64,000 nucleotides of DNA from Obrimoposthia wandeli (Eukaryota). A model generated the notes under the pieces. That model did no database searches. It saw only the letters and a list, made by a program, of their open reading frames with translations, and had not been told where the DNA came from. Of this stretch, positions 55,312 to 64,000 are shown in pieces. The stretch is from NCBI GenBank assembly GCA_977020255.1, contig CDROCS010000506.1, positions 1,798,001 through 1,862,000 of the forward strand. The letters run 5' to 3'. Position 1 is the stretch's first letter, and each line of letters opens with the position of its first letter. The position numbers were made by a program, and so were the translations under genes.

Positions 55312-55711
55312 TTACTGGACAAGTCACGTTTTAATAGTTTTTATCACCTGTTGGCTTGTTATAAGTCACACAAAAGTATCTTTAGCATCAGCGATGAAGA
55401 AGATACGAAGGATGTGTAAGCCAAAACCACTTAATTCAACAGCCTTTAATACCACTACATGTTGCAGGATAACCAAACCAGTATAACAACACCACCAGCA
55501 CTGCAGTAGTTCTCTACGTCATGACAATAGCCGCTTTAGAATAAACAATATTTGCAGCACTATGAACTGCAGCTTCAACGCCTTTCATTGCAGATTCTTT
55601 AGCATCATCTTGAAGGTTAATAAATTTCGGCACAGCAGTGGCAGCTAAGATACCTAGTACAATAATTACGATCACTAATTCGATTAGTGTAAAACCTGAA
55701 TTTCTTTTCAT
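55312..55711 (-). pseudogene. mshA: MSHA major pilin MshA, disrupted
   Basis: SG|FTLIE pilin N-helix intact to about codon 63, TAG at codon 66. Remnants FGYPA (55463-55477), CVTY (55361-55372) and VTCP (55316-55327) are separated by further stops and frameshifts. GGAG SD and terminator are retained. Confidence 0.85.
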
Positions 55712-55970
55712 TTTAGCTCCAAAAGCTGTTTTTTATATAAATTACATGAACATATAACCGGTAGAACATCCACCTAATTTACATTAATGTACGTCTTAGT
55801 CTATTTTTTGATACTATGCCAAAAAATACACTGTTTCACTAGTTTTTTTTCAAAATTGTGGACTAATCACCACATTATGTCCGGTCACAACATTTCCATA
55901 TTATAACCAACATAATAATAAAAAATATTATAACATCTTGATAGTTAAATAATACTAAAGTGTTAGTTAA

Positions 55971-57188
55971 CTAACCTTGTACTACGCCCATCATGTCCCA
56001 CATAGGCACAAAGATACCAAGCGCTAGAATCAATACCATTACCGCAACGATACCTATCAATATAGGTTCAATCTTCGCTGTCAACGATTGCAGTTCATAA
56101 TCCACTTCACGCTCATAAAACTGCGCGGCCTCTAACAATAAGTCATCGACTTGACCAGTTTCATCACCAACCGAGATCATCTGTAAAATAAGCGGGGTAA
56201 ACATACCACTTTCACTGGCGGTGATAGTCAAGCTTTTACCTTCTTCAATACCCGCTCGCATTGATAAAATACGTACTTCCATCCAAGCGTTATCAACTGT
56301 TGATGCCACCAATGACAGACTGTTATTCAATGGCACACCACCCCGAAGCATTAATGAAAAGCTACGAGCGAAGCGTGATAACAAGGTTTTTTCAATCACC
56401 GGGCCAACAATAGGAATGCGAATATAAAACAGTCCCCAGCGTAACTTGCCTTTATCGGTTTGAATATAATATTTGAAGCCAACAACACTGGCCATTACCG
56501 CAACAATAAGCAAATGCCAATAGTTAACAAAAAAGGCCGATGAAGCCAGTAACGCCCGTGTCGCCCACGGTAATTCGACCCCAAATTTGTTAAACATATT
56601 GGCAAACGTCGGAATAACAAAAATATTCAAGATCACCATAGCAGCAGAGATCGCCACCAATACAAAAATAGGATAACGCACGGCACTAGCAATACGACGG
56701 CGGGTATCCATTTCTAATTCTAAATAATTGGCGATTTGTAAAAATGAATCATCTAAGCGACCAGTATTCTCACCCACTCGCACAATCGACACAAAAATAG
56801 AAGCGAACACATGCGGATGTGCTGCCATTGATGCCGATAACGTATTACCACTGTTTAGGCGTACCACAACATCGTTGAGCACGTCTTTGAGCTTGGCATG
56901 TGAACTTGACTCAGATAAGCCCTTAATCGCCCGTATCATCGGGATACCCGCTCGGGTAAGCGAGTACATCTGACGAGCAAAAATAACCAACTCGGCAAGT
57001 GGGATGCTGCGCGTTAACAACTGGCTAAGATCAATATTATTACTGTTACTGCTCGCCACTTTAATTTCAGTTGGCGTAATACCTTTCGCCATTAACGATT
57101 GTACTAATGCATCTTGATTCTGCGCTTCTTGCTTCGCCGAAACTGCATTACCTTGGCTATCGCGGCCTTTATACGAAAAATTTGGCAT
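55971..57188 (-). CDS. mshG: MSHA platform protein (PilC/GspF family)
   Basis: FARQMYSLTRAGIP, VGENTGRLD, YPIFV and GDETGQVD. Confidence 0.94.
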   Translation of the reverse strand: MPNFSYKGRDSQGNAVSAKQEAQNQDALVQSLMAKGITPTEIKVASSNSNNIDLSQLLTRSIPLAELVIFARQMYSLTRAGIPMIRAIKGLSESSSHAKLKDVLNDVVVRLNSGNTLSASMAAHPHVFASIFVSIVRVGENTGRLDDSFLQIANYLELEMDTRRRIASAVRYPIFVLVAISAAMVILNIFVIPTFANMFNKFGVELPWATRALLASSAFFVNYWHLLIVAVMASVVGFKYYIQTDKGKLRWGLFYIRIPIVGPVIEKTLLSRFARSFSLMLRGGVPLNNSLSLVASTVDNAWMEVRILSMRAGIEEGKSLTITASESGMFTPLILQMISVGDETGQVDDLLLEAAQFYEREVDYELQSLTAKIEPILIGIVAVMVLILALGIFVPMWDMMGVVQG

Positions 57189-57210
57189 TAACTGACCTTA
57201 ACAATCCTGT

Positions 57211-59172
57211 TTATTGACCATTACGGTCCAGCGATCTAACCGCTTTGAGCAAACGTAAAATATTTTCAACATCAATATTATCAACCTTGTCTAACTCTCT
57301 AACATGCGAAGCGATATTAGCCCCTAAAGTATCAGAGACAGCGGTTTCATTGGCGCTAACACTGGTGACATGATGGTGTTCATTACTGTTGCGATTGTCA
57401 GCATGGCTATCATTTTCAGCGTTGCTATTACCTTCGCCACTGTTACCTTCGCCATTAGTATCATCAAGAACGACTTCATCTGCCAGTTTTAATACTTCCT
57501 CAATAGAGGTCAAACCTTGCTTGGCAAAATCCAGCGCAGATAATACTAGTGGACGATAAAGCTTACTCTTACGCGCTTCAGCCTCAAATTCTGCCGCTGA
57601 TTCACGTCGTAACGCATCACCCATAGCATCATTCAGTTCTAATAATTCAAATACACCGATACGACCACGGTAACCGGTATAGTTACAACTTTGGCAACCA
57701 ACACTACGGTAAAAATTCGCCTCGCCGAAAGATTCGTTACCGATTCGCTCTAAACACGCATGTTCACTACTGGTCAGTTCATGGCTACTTTTACACTGGT
57801 TACATAATTTTCGCACCAAGCGCTGAGCAACAACGGCACGCAATGCAGCACCAATTAAATAGCCCGGAGCACCCATATCCATTAAGCGTAATGCACAAGT
57901 AATTGCATCGTTCGTATGCAGTGTTGATAACACCATGTGACCGGTTAAGGCGCCACGTAAGCCAATTTCGACGGTTTCTTTGTCACGCATTTCGCCGACT
58001 AATAAGATATCCGGATCTTGACGTAAACAAGTACGTAAAATATGCGCAAAGTCTAAACCAATTTTAGGGTTAACTTGTACTTGGCTGATCCGCGGTAGAC
58101 GGTATTCCACCGGATCTTCCACGGTAATAATCTTTTTACCCGGTTCGTTAAGCTCACTCAACGCAGCATAAAGTGAAGTCGTTTTACCACTACCTGTCGG
58201 GCCGGTTACCAGTACCATGCCATGCGGGCGACGGATCAAACCGCGTAAGCGTTTAATCAAATCAGCAGGCATACCAGTACTTTCTAACTGGAAAATACCT
58301 GAATCTTGATTAAGCAAACGCATCACCACAGATTCACCGTATTGCACCGGCATGGTCGACATACGAATATCAATCGATTGATTACGAACCTTTAAATTAA
58401 AACGCCCATCTTGCGGTAAACGTTTCTCGGAGATATCTAAACCGGCCATTAATTTTAGGCGTAGTACCAATGCTGGTACGATAGCAACTTCATTCAAGAT
58501 ATTTTCTTGCAGCACACCATCAACACGTAAACGAATACGTAGGGCTTTTTCATCGGGTTCAATATGAATATCCGAGGCACCTATTTGTACCGCATCCTCA
58601 AACACTGAGTTAAGAAACTTAACGACAGTCGCTTCACTAGATGCATCGTCGACATCCTTGAAAATATCAAATTCTTGCGCTGGTCTATGTTCATCTTCTA
58701 ACTGACCAGCAAATGCTTCAATGTCTTTGGTTCGGCGATATAAACGATCGTACGCTGGTAATAACTGACTCTCTCGCACAATGGCAAATTCGAGCTGATA
58801 CGCCGATAAAAAACTTGATATCGCTTCCACGGCATTCAAATCTGCCGGATCACTTAATGCGATCGTCAAAATATCATGGTCGGCTTTAACTACTAATGCA
58901 CGGTGTCGACGAGCATGTACTTCCGGTAACTTAAGTACCGTTTGCGGATCGATACTCAGTGTCGCGATATTTAAAAATGGAATTTCCAACTGTTGAGACA
59001 AAAAGTTCAACAGTTGCTCTTCAGTAATAAAACCGAGATGAATTAATGTGGCACCCAACTTACGGCCACTACTGCGCTGTTCTTTTAGCGCTAAGCCGAG
59101 TTGCTCATCACTAATAATGCCCTCACCAACAAGTAAGTCACCCAGTCGTTGTTTTAATTTTAATTGTGCCAT
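57211..59172 (-). CDS. mshE: MSHA extension ATPase with a c-di-GMP-binding MshEN domain
   Basis: RLGDLLVGEGIISDEQLGLALKEQ MshEN motif, GPTGSGKTT, EDPVEY, LRQDPD and CxxC pairs. Confidence 0.96.
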   Translation of the reverse strand: MAQLKLKQRLGDLLVGEGIISDEQLGLALKEQRSSGRKLGATLIHLGFITEEQLLNFLSQQLEIPFLNIATLSIDPQTVLKLPEVHARRHRALVVKADHDILTIALSDPADLNAVEAISSFLSAYQLEFAIVRESQLLPAYDRLYRRTKDIEAFAGQLEDEHRPAQEFDIFKDVDDASSEATVVKFLNSVFEDAVQIGASDIHIEPDEKALRIRLRVDGVLQENILNEVAIVPALVLRLKLMAGLDISEKRLPQDGRFNLKVRNQSIDIRMSTMPVQYGESVVMRLLNQDSGIFQLESTGMPADLIKRLRGLIRRPHGMVLVTGPTGSGKTTSLYAALSELNEPGKKIITVEDPVEYRLPRISQVQVNPKIGLDFAHILRTCLRQDPDILLVGEMRDKETVEIGLRGALTGHMVLSTLHTNDAITCALRLMDMGAPGYLIGAALRAVVAQRLVRKLCNQCKSSHELTSSEHACLERIGNESFGEANFYRSVGCQSCNYTGYRGRIGVFELLELNDAMGDALRRESAAEFEAEARKSKLYRPLVLSALDFAKQGLTSIEEVLKLADEVVLDDTNGEGNSGEGNSNAENDSHADNRNSNEHHHVTSVSANETAVSDTLGANIASHVRELDKVDNIDVENILRLLKAVRSLDRNGQ

Positions 59173-60368
59173 TACTGTTTCTCCAACTGGGTTATGCGAG
59201 TATTGATATAGTTACGTGATGACGCTGAAAGCTGCCCCATGTTTTGCGCTGTATGATAAGCCTGCAGTGCCAGCTTAACCTGCTTTGCTTTATCAGCAGT
59301 AATACCCAGACCTAACCACCATTTAGCGCGGTTTGGTTGATGAACGGTGAGTTTTTTATAAGCCACTAATGCGGTATCTAAATCATCCAAATTTTGTGCT
59401 AAACCAGCTAAGAGCGCATAATAATCAACATTCCCCTCCACCTCTGGTTGGTGTGGTTTGAGGTAATAATAAGCTTGTTGTTTACTTTTATTTTTTAGAT
59501 AAATACGCGCGAGCATTAAGCGGAAATTAGTATACTCAGGCGATACACTGAGTCCTTCTTGCAACAAATTCACCGCCGATTGGGTGCGTTGCTCACCATA
59601 TAGGATAGCGGCTAATTTTTCTCGCGATAAATCATGCTGCTTATCGAAGCTTAATACCTTGGTAAAGAGTATCTTCGCACGGCCTTTATCACCCGCAAGC
59701 AATGCGGCTTCGGCTTGTTTGGCATATAACTGCGCTTGCTGCTGTGGCGTGCGCGTTACTGTTTTAATAGAGACACTGTCTTCATCGTGAATATCTGTAT
59801 CAGGCGTGGCTAACTCAACACGTTTTGCCACCATTTGTGGCGCAGACACGACGGCAGGTTTAGCGACTTTAGGGATGATTGTGTCGATACGAGCAACGGT
59901 AACCTTGTTATCCTGCTTAGCTGTGATTGTGCTAGCTGACGCTGTAATAGTTGTACTGCTAGTTGCAACGGGGAGCACGACTTTATTCACGCTTGGTACG
60001 ACAATGTTTGACGGTTCTGTCATCGCCGGTTTATCGATTTCACGTTGAGCGCTAACGGGAGTGTCAACTATTGCGGCAGATAATGCGTTCGCGAGTAACG
60101 GTTCATCAGCCTGGCTATTTTGTTCATTGCTGACTGCTGGCACGACAATATTTTCTGGTTCGCTGACGTGGGCTGCCCGACTTTGTTTTTGTACAAACAA
60201 ATAGCCAGCTAACGCAGCAAAAATGATAATTGAAGAAACTAATGCAATCACCACTTTGTTATGCGTGTTCGGCGTTGCGACAATAACAGCACCGTTCGAT
60301 TCAACCGCCGCTTGTTGCTCTTGAGCACCTTTATCCAAGCCTTTTAGCATTTGATTAATAACGCTCAT
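59172..60368 (-). CDS. mshN: MSHA biogenesis TPR protein MshN
   Basis: MSVINQMLK start (ATGA overlap with mshM), TM, low-complexity linker and C-terminal TPRs (WWLGLGI). Confidence 0.88.
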   Translation of the reverse strand: MSVINQMLKGLDKGAQEQQAAVESNGAVIVATPNTHNKVVIALVSSIIIFAALAGYLFVQKQSRAAHVSEPENIVVPAVSNEQNSQADEPLLANALSAAIVDTPVSAQREIDKPAMTEPSNIVVPSVNKVVLPVATSSTTITASASTITAKQDNKVTVARIDTIIPKVAKPAVVSAPQMVAKRVELATPDTDIHDEDSVSIKTVTRTPQQQAQLYAKQAEAALLAGDKGRAKILFTKVLSFDKQHDLSREKLAAILYGEQRTQSAVNLLQEGLSVSPEYTNFRLMLARIYLKNKSKQQAYYYLKPHQPEVEGNVDYYALLAGLAQNLDDLDTALVAYKKLTVHQPNRAKWWLGLGITADKAKQVKLALQAYHTAQNMGQLSASSRNYINTRITQLEKQ

Positions 60369-61261
60369 AACATTGACTCCCCAAACCACCAAATAACTAA
60401 CATCACCTCAATCACTAAAATACCCGCCATTACCGGTAAACGGAAGTTACGCGGCTGTATTGCACTGTCCGTATCAGTTATGGCGAGCTTGACTAACTTG
60501 GCACTAATATTTCGCACATTTTGGCCATAGCTCAGCATTAAACATTTATGCGCTAAGACATTTATTAAACGCGGTATACCGCCACTTGCTTGATGTAATA
60601 AGCGCAATGCTTTTGCCTCAAACAGCGGCGCGCCACGATAACCCGATACCGTTAAACGGTGTTCGACATAGCTAGACGTTTCATTGACAAGTAAAGGACG
60701 AAGTTGGTAAGAAAACGTAATACGTTGACGTAATTGACGTAAGTTATCTTGTTTTAAACGGGCATCTAATTCAGGCTGTCCAAATAACACCACCTGCATC
60801 AATTTTTTGCTTTCCGTTTCTAAATTACTGATCAAGCGTAATGCTTCTAATGTTTCATGTGGCAACATCTGCGCTTCATCGATTAACAACACAACTTGTT
60901 TATCTTCGCCTGATAACGTGATTAAACGATGATTCAATGCTTCCGTTAATTTATGCTGATCTAAGCTAGCATCAATACTGAGTTCACTGGCAATGGCAGC
61001 ACGCATTTCATTTGGCGTTAAATACGGATTAGGCAAATAAGCGATAACATAATTATCGCCAAGCTCATTGAGTAATTTCCGGCAAATTAAGGTTTTGCCT
61101 GTGCCAACCTCACCCGTGACTTTAATAAAACCTTCACCGCTAGCAAGCGCGGTCGTCAATACTTGCAGCGCTTCAAAATGCGGCACTAACGGATGATAAA
61201 ATTGCGTATTAGGCGTGAGACCAAACGGAACTTCGGTCAAACCAAAATGCGTTTTATACAT
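60365..61261 (-). CDS. mshM: ExeA-family ATPase MshM
   Basis: PFGLTPN, TGEVGTGKT, IDEAQ, FGQPEL and GIPRLINVL. Confidence 0.92.
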   Translation of the reverse strand: MYKTHFGLTEVPFGLTPNTQFYHPLVPHFEALQVLTTALASGEGFIKVTGEVGTGKTLICRKLLNELGDNYVIAYLPNPYLTPNEMRAAIASELSIDASLDQHKLTEALNHRLITLSGEDKQVVLLIDEAQMLPHETLEALRLISNLETESKKLMQVVLFGQPELDARLKQDNLRQLRQRITFSYQLRPLLVNETSSYVEHRLTVSGYRGAPLFEAKALRLLHQASGGIPRLINVLAHKCLMLSYGQNVRNISAKLVKLAITDTDSAIQPRNFRLPVMAGILVIEVMLVIWWFGESML

Positions 61262-62871
61262 TACCCTTGCTCATCATTTTTTTCTGTCGGATACCATTGT
61301 TCAAGTAACTCAGCAGAGCGTTCTAGTTCAAGGCGCCAAGTATTCTGATCAACCACAATCGGTTTAATCAAAATAATTAATTCTGTTTTCTGTACTGACT
61401 GCGAGCGATTCGTGAAAATTTCACCTATCCAAGGTATATCTCCGAAGAATGGTATTTTAGCCACTAAGTCTTTATTCGCGGTTTTCATTAAACCACCAAT
61501 AACAATGATTTCACCACTTTTAGCCTTAACGACTGTATCTGTTTCACGCACATCACTTTTCGCTAACGGTAATTCAATATCCGTCGCGCCAGAGATTGTT
61601 TTTGTCGAATCACTGACATCAATAATCGAGGGATGGACATGTAATAAAACCCCTCCTTCGCTATCAATTTGCGGCGTCACATCCAGCGCAATACCGGAGA
61701 AGAATGGCGTTAATTCGATATCTTGATCTGTGGTATCGTTTTCTGTTGATGTCGTCGTGGTATAACCCGTTACAAAATATTCGTCAGTGCCGACTTTAAT
61801 CACTGCTTTTTGGTTATTCAATGCTGTAACGCGAGGACTAGACAGGACGTTGACATCACCTTGGGTTTTCAACAAGTTAATCGCAGCACTAAAATCATTA
61901 CCTGCTAGGGTCAATACACCACCACCAGTCACAACATCAGCCACATTATCGACAGAAAAGCTAAACGATGAATCTTTGGCTACATTGGCATTATTTACAT
62001 TCCAATCAATTCCTTGCTCGTAACCATCACTTAAAGTGACTTCCATTATTTTAACTTCAAGCAATACTTGACGCTGTAATTGTTCTTCAGCTTGAGCGAG
62101 AAAGTCTTTAATTTTACGAATATCTTTCGGATAACCGTGCACAGTCACTAAACCCGCTTGTGGGCTGATAATGACTTGAGTATCTTTTTGATTAGCCGTT
62201 AAGCCTAACAAAGTATTTTCTAATTCTGACCAATAATCGGTATCCGTTTGTGTTGAGATCTCGGTACCAGTACTGTTTGATGATGACGATGAATCAGATG
62301 AATTATCATCATCATCTGAAGAACTACCCGAAGAACCATTATCAGTCAAATAACCCGAGCTAATTGAACTGTTGGATAAACCATTACGCTTCATTAACAA
62401 ATAGTTCATCGGGATTATTTCAGTACGCAGACCTGCACCATTCACGCGATAGGTATTACCTTGACGCTGAATATCATAGCCGTACATATCTGCAACTTCA
62501 TCCATGGTTTCAGCAATGGTTACATCATTAAGGACAACAGTTACACGACCAGCAACATCAGGACTAACCGTTAAATTATATTTAGTGCCTTTTAATAACG
62601 AACCAAAGAATTGACGCGCGGTGACTGATTTAGCCGAAATATCCATACGTGGTTCGATGACGGGACGGTTCAATGCATCGCTGCCTTCAAAATCAGGTAA
62701 CAATTCCGCATTCACATCATCGGGAACAGTCCAAGCTTGCGCTTCGGCATCCGCACGATCAAGCTCAGCTTGAATAGATTCTTTGATCACAACAGGCTCA
62801 AGTGAGCTACGCGTTGTTTCGCAGCCCGTTAAAAACACACCTAAAATAATTGCAAGATACAACTTTTTCAT
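61261..62871 (-). CDS. mshL: MSHA secretin MshL
   Basis: Lipobox LTGC, Ser-rich loop, SSPRVTALNNQKAVIKVG, PFFSGIALDVTP and KTELIILIKP. Confidence 0.95.
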   Translation of the reverse strand: MKKLYLAIILGVFLTGCETTRSSLEPVVIKESIQAELDRADAEAQAWTVPDDVNAELLPDFEGSDALNRPVIEPRMDISAKSVTARQFFGSLLKGTKYNLTVSPDVAGRVTVVLNDVTIAETMDEVADMYGYDIQRQGNTYRVNGAGLRTEIIPMNYLLMKRNGLSNSSISSGYLTDNGSSGSSSDDDDNSSDSSSSSNSTGTEISTQTDTDYWSELENTLLGLTANQKDTQVIISPQAGLVTVHGYPKDIRKIKDFLAQAEEQLQRQVLLEVKIMEVTLSDGYEQGIDWNVNNANVAKDSSFSFSVDNVADVVTGGGVLTLAGNDFSAAINLLKTQGDVNVLSSPRVTALNNQKAVIKVGTDEYFVTGYTTTTSTENDTTDQDIELTPFFSGIALDVTPQIDSEGGVLLHVHPSIIDVSDSTKTISGATDIELPLAKSDVRETDTVVKAKSGEIIVIGGLMKTANKDLVAKIPFFGDIPWIGEIFTNRSQSVQKTELIILIKPIVVDQNTWRLELERSAELLEQWYPTEKNDEQG

Positions 62872-62886
62872 AATTAAATCTGAGCC

Positions 62887-63243
62887 TTAATGTTTAATTT
62901 CACTGCCAAATAATGACAATCTAAATTCTTTATCGTTACGGATGAAATACACAAAGTCATCGGTAATACGGCGGATCTGAAAACCAGAAACCCAACTACC
63001 GGCAGTGACTTCTTTATCATCCATGATGGCGACATGACCATTATCTCGCACAAAAATAGCCTGTAAACGCGGGATATGCACCTTTGCTTTAGTGTCGCTG
63101 CGAACAATGGGTTCAACAGCACCCCAAGGACCAGTGGGGTCGTCTAGCACATTGCCATCAATAACCCCTTGACCTGCTTGAGCCAAACTTGAACTTAACA
63201 ACAGTACTATCGGCAATAGTATCGGAAGTAATAGCTTAACCAC
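62887..63243 (-). CDS. mshK: MSHA biogenesis protein MshK
   Basis: Signal peptide, DPTGP and PRLQAIF; between mshJ and mshL. Confidence 0.82.
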   Translation of the reverse strand: MVKLLLPILLPIVLLLSSSLAQAGQGVIDGNVLDDPTGPWGAVEPIVRSDTKAKVHIPRLQAIFVRDNGHVAIMDDKEVTAGSWVSGFQIRRITDDFVYFIRNDKEFRLSLFGSEIKH

Positions 63244-63994
63244 GAATAAACTCCTTATTGATACTCAAGGTATAGATTTCCATCACCACTTCAGCGGTTG
63301 GATATTCTTGCATTTGGTAATCAAATACTTCCCAATAGAATTTTTTCGGCAATTGCTCGATAGAGTCCAGATAAGCCTGAATATCAAAAAATGCACCCGT
63401 CATGGTAATACGTAAGCCATGGCGATACAGCAATACTTCAGAACCGCTCGATTCTAAAACGCGATTAATATTACTCGAAATAGCATCCGACTTAATCAAC
63501 TCTGCAGAATCAACTTCTTGACCACTGGCGTTAGCCATTTTTGGCTTGGTTTCGCCCTGTCCTGTCACTGATTCTTTGTTGCTATTACCGGTAATAGTCG
63601 TCACTGGTAATGATTCAATGGCAAGTAATTTAACTTTTTTCGCACGACTTAACACATCACCCAATACTAAGGCCATTTGATTGGAGTTAATTAAATCCGC
63701 AGTTAAATCGGTTAATTTACCGTTGGCTTTTTTGAGTTCATTTTCAGCTCTAGCAATACGTAACTTAATCACTTTATTCGGATCAGTAGTTAAGACCTGC
63801 TTTAATTCAGCGATGGTAAAATCATATTGTCGTTGCTGCTGTGTTAGCGACGATAACTGCGTCGTTAATTGTTTATTACGCGCATAATTTGGCTCAAGCA
63901 CAAAACTAAACATCACATAAACAATTGCACTCGCTAGCGAGCCAACCAGTAGCACACGCTCACGCATTGATAATTGATTAAACTTTTCATTCAC
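63236..63994 (-). CDS. mshJ: MSHA biogenesis protein MshJ (PilO/GspM-like)
   Basis: FNQLSMRER, TM, coiled coil, LYRHG, KFYW and IYTLS. Confidence 0.88.
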   Translation of the reverse strand: MNEKFNQLSMRERVLLVGSLASAIVYVMFSFVLEPNYARNKQLTTQLSSLTQQQRQYDFTIAELKQVLTTDPNKVIKLRIARAENELKKANGKLTDLTADLINSNQMALVLGDVLSRAKKVKLLAIESLPVTTITGNSNKESVTGQGETKPKMANASGQEVDSAELIKSDAISSNINRVLESSGSEVLLYRHGLRITMTGAFFDIQAYLDSIEQLPKKFYWEVFDYQMQEYPTAEVVMEIYTLSINKEFIRG

Positions 63995-64000
63995 GGTTAG

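Noticed and set aside
55514-55711. 59-aa mature MshA as a Geobacter PilA-N-like conductive short pilin
   Set aside because: Length is similar, but aromatic content is low (F1, F24, Y51, common to many pilins) and decayed remains of the globular domain follow. Pseudogenisation is the simpler reading.
55855-55892. CRP-like site upstream of mshA
   Set aside because: Half-sites are mis-spaced or degenerate (TGTGA-N6-ATAAT; GGTGA-N5-CCACA)
63995-64000. 3' end of mshI
   Set aside because: Only 6 bp are in the window; expected from gene order but not supportable from the sequence

Overview
This 64-kb window is core chromosome from a marine-type gammaproteobacterium. Gene order and protein sequences resemble Vibrio, Shewanella or Moritella; that assignment is inference. 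In order it holds: the dcw cluster (ddl partial, murC to rsmH), RNase P RNA, rsmI, lpoA-yraN-diaA-dolP, sspAB, petABC, rpsI-rplM, a relocated coaA, zapE, zapG-degQ-degS, murA-ibaG, kdsD-kdsC-lptCAB-rpoN-hpf-rapZ-mgtE, pmbA, darP, tldD-nit-yhdP-rng-maf-mreDCB and most of an MSHA type IV pilus locus. I saw no IS, prophage, CRISPR, tRNA or rRNA, and no novel multi-gene system. The main signal is gene loss and decay inside a conserved synteny block. mshQ is reduced to a 19-codon scar (start codon joined to the C-terminal FGxxRGNDRxIY motif). mshA and yrbG have intact 5' halves and shredded 3' halves. mshD has lost its in-frame start by a 1-nt shift. mshF/B, mlaFEDCB, ptsN, npr and mraZ are absent from their usual positions, several with an inverted repeat at the junction. 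A second signal is short tandem-duplication expansions in or next to core genes (murF, rpoN, mshE, mshJ, murA 3' end, rpoN promoter). Family motifs and reference gene orders are quoted from memory and need database confirmation.
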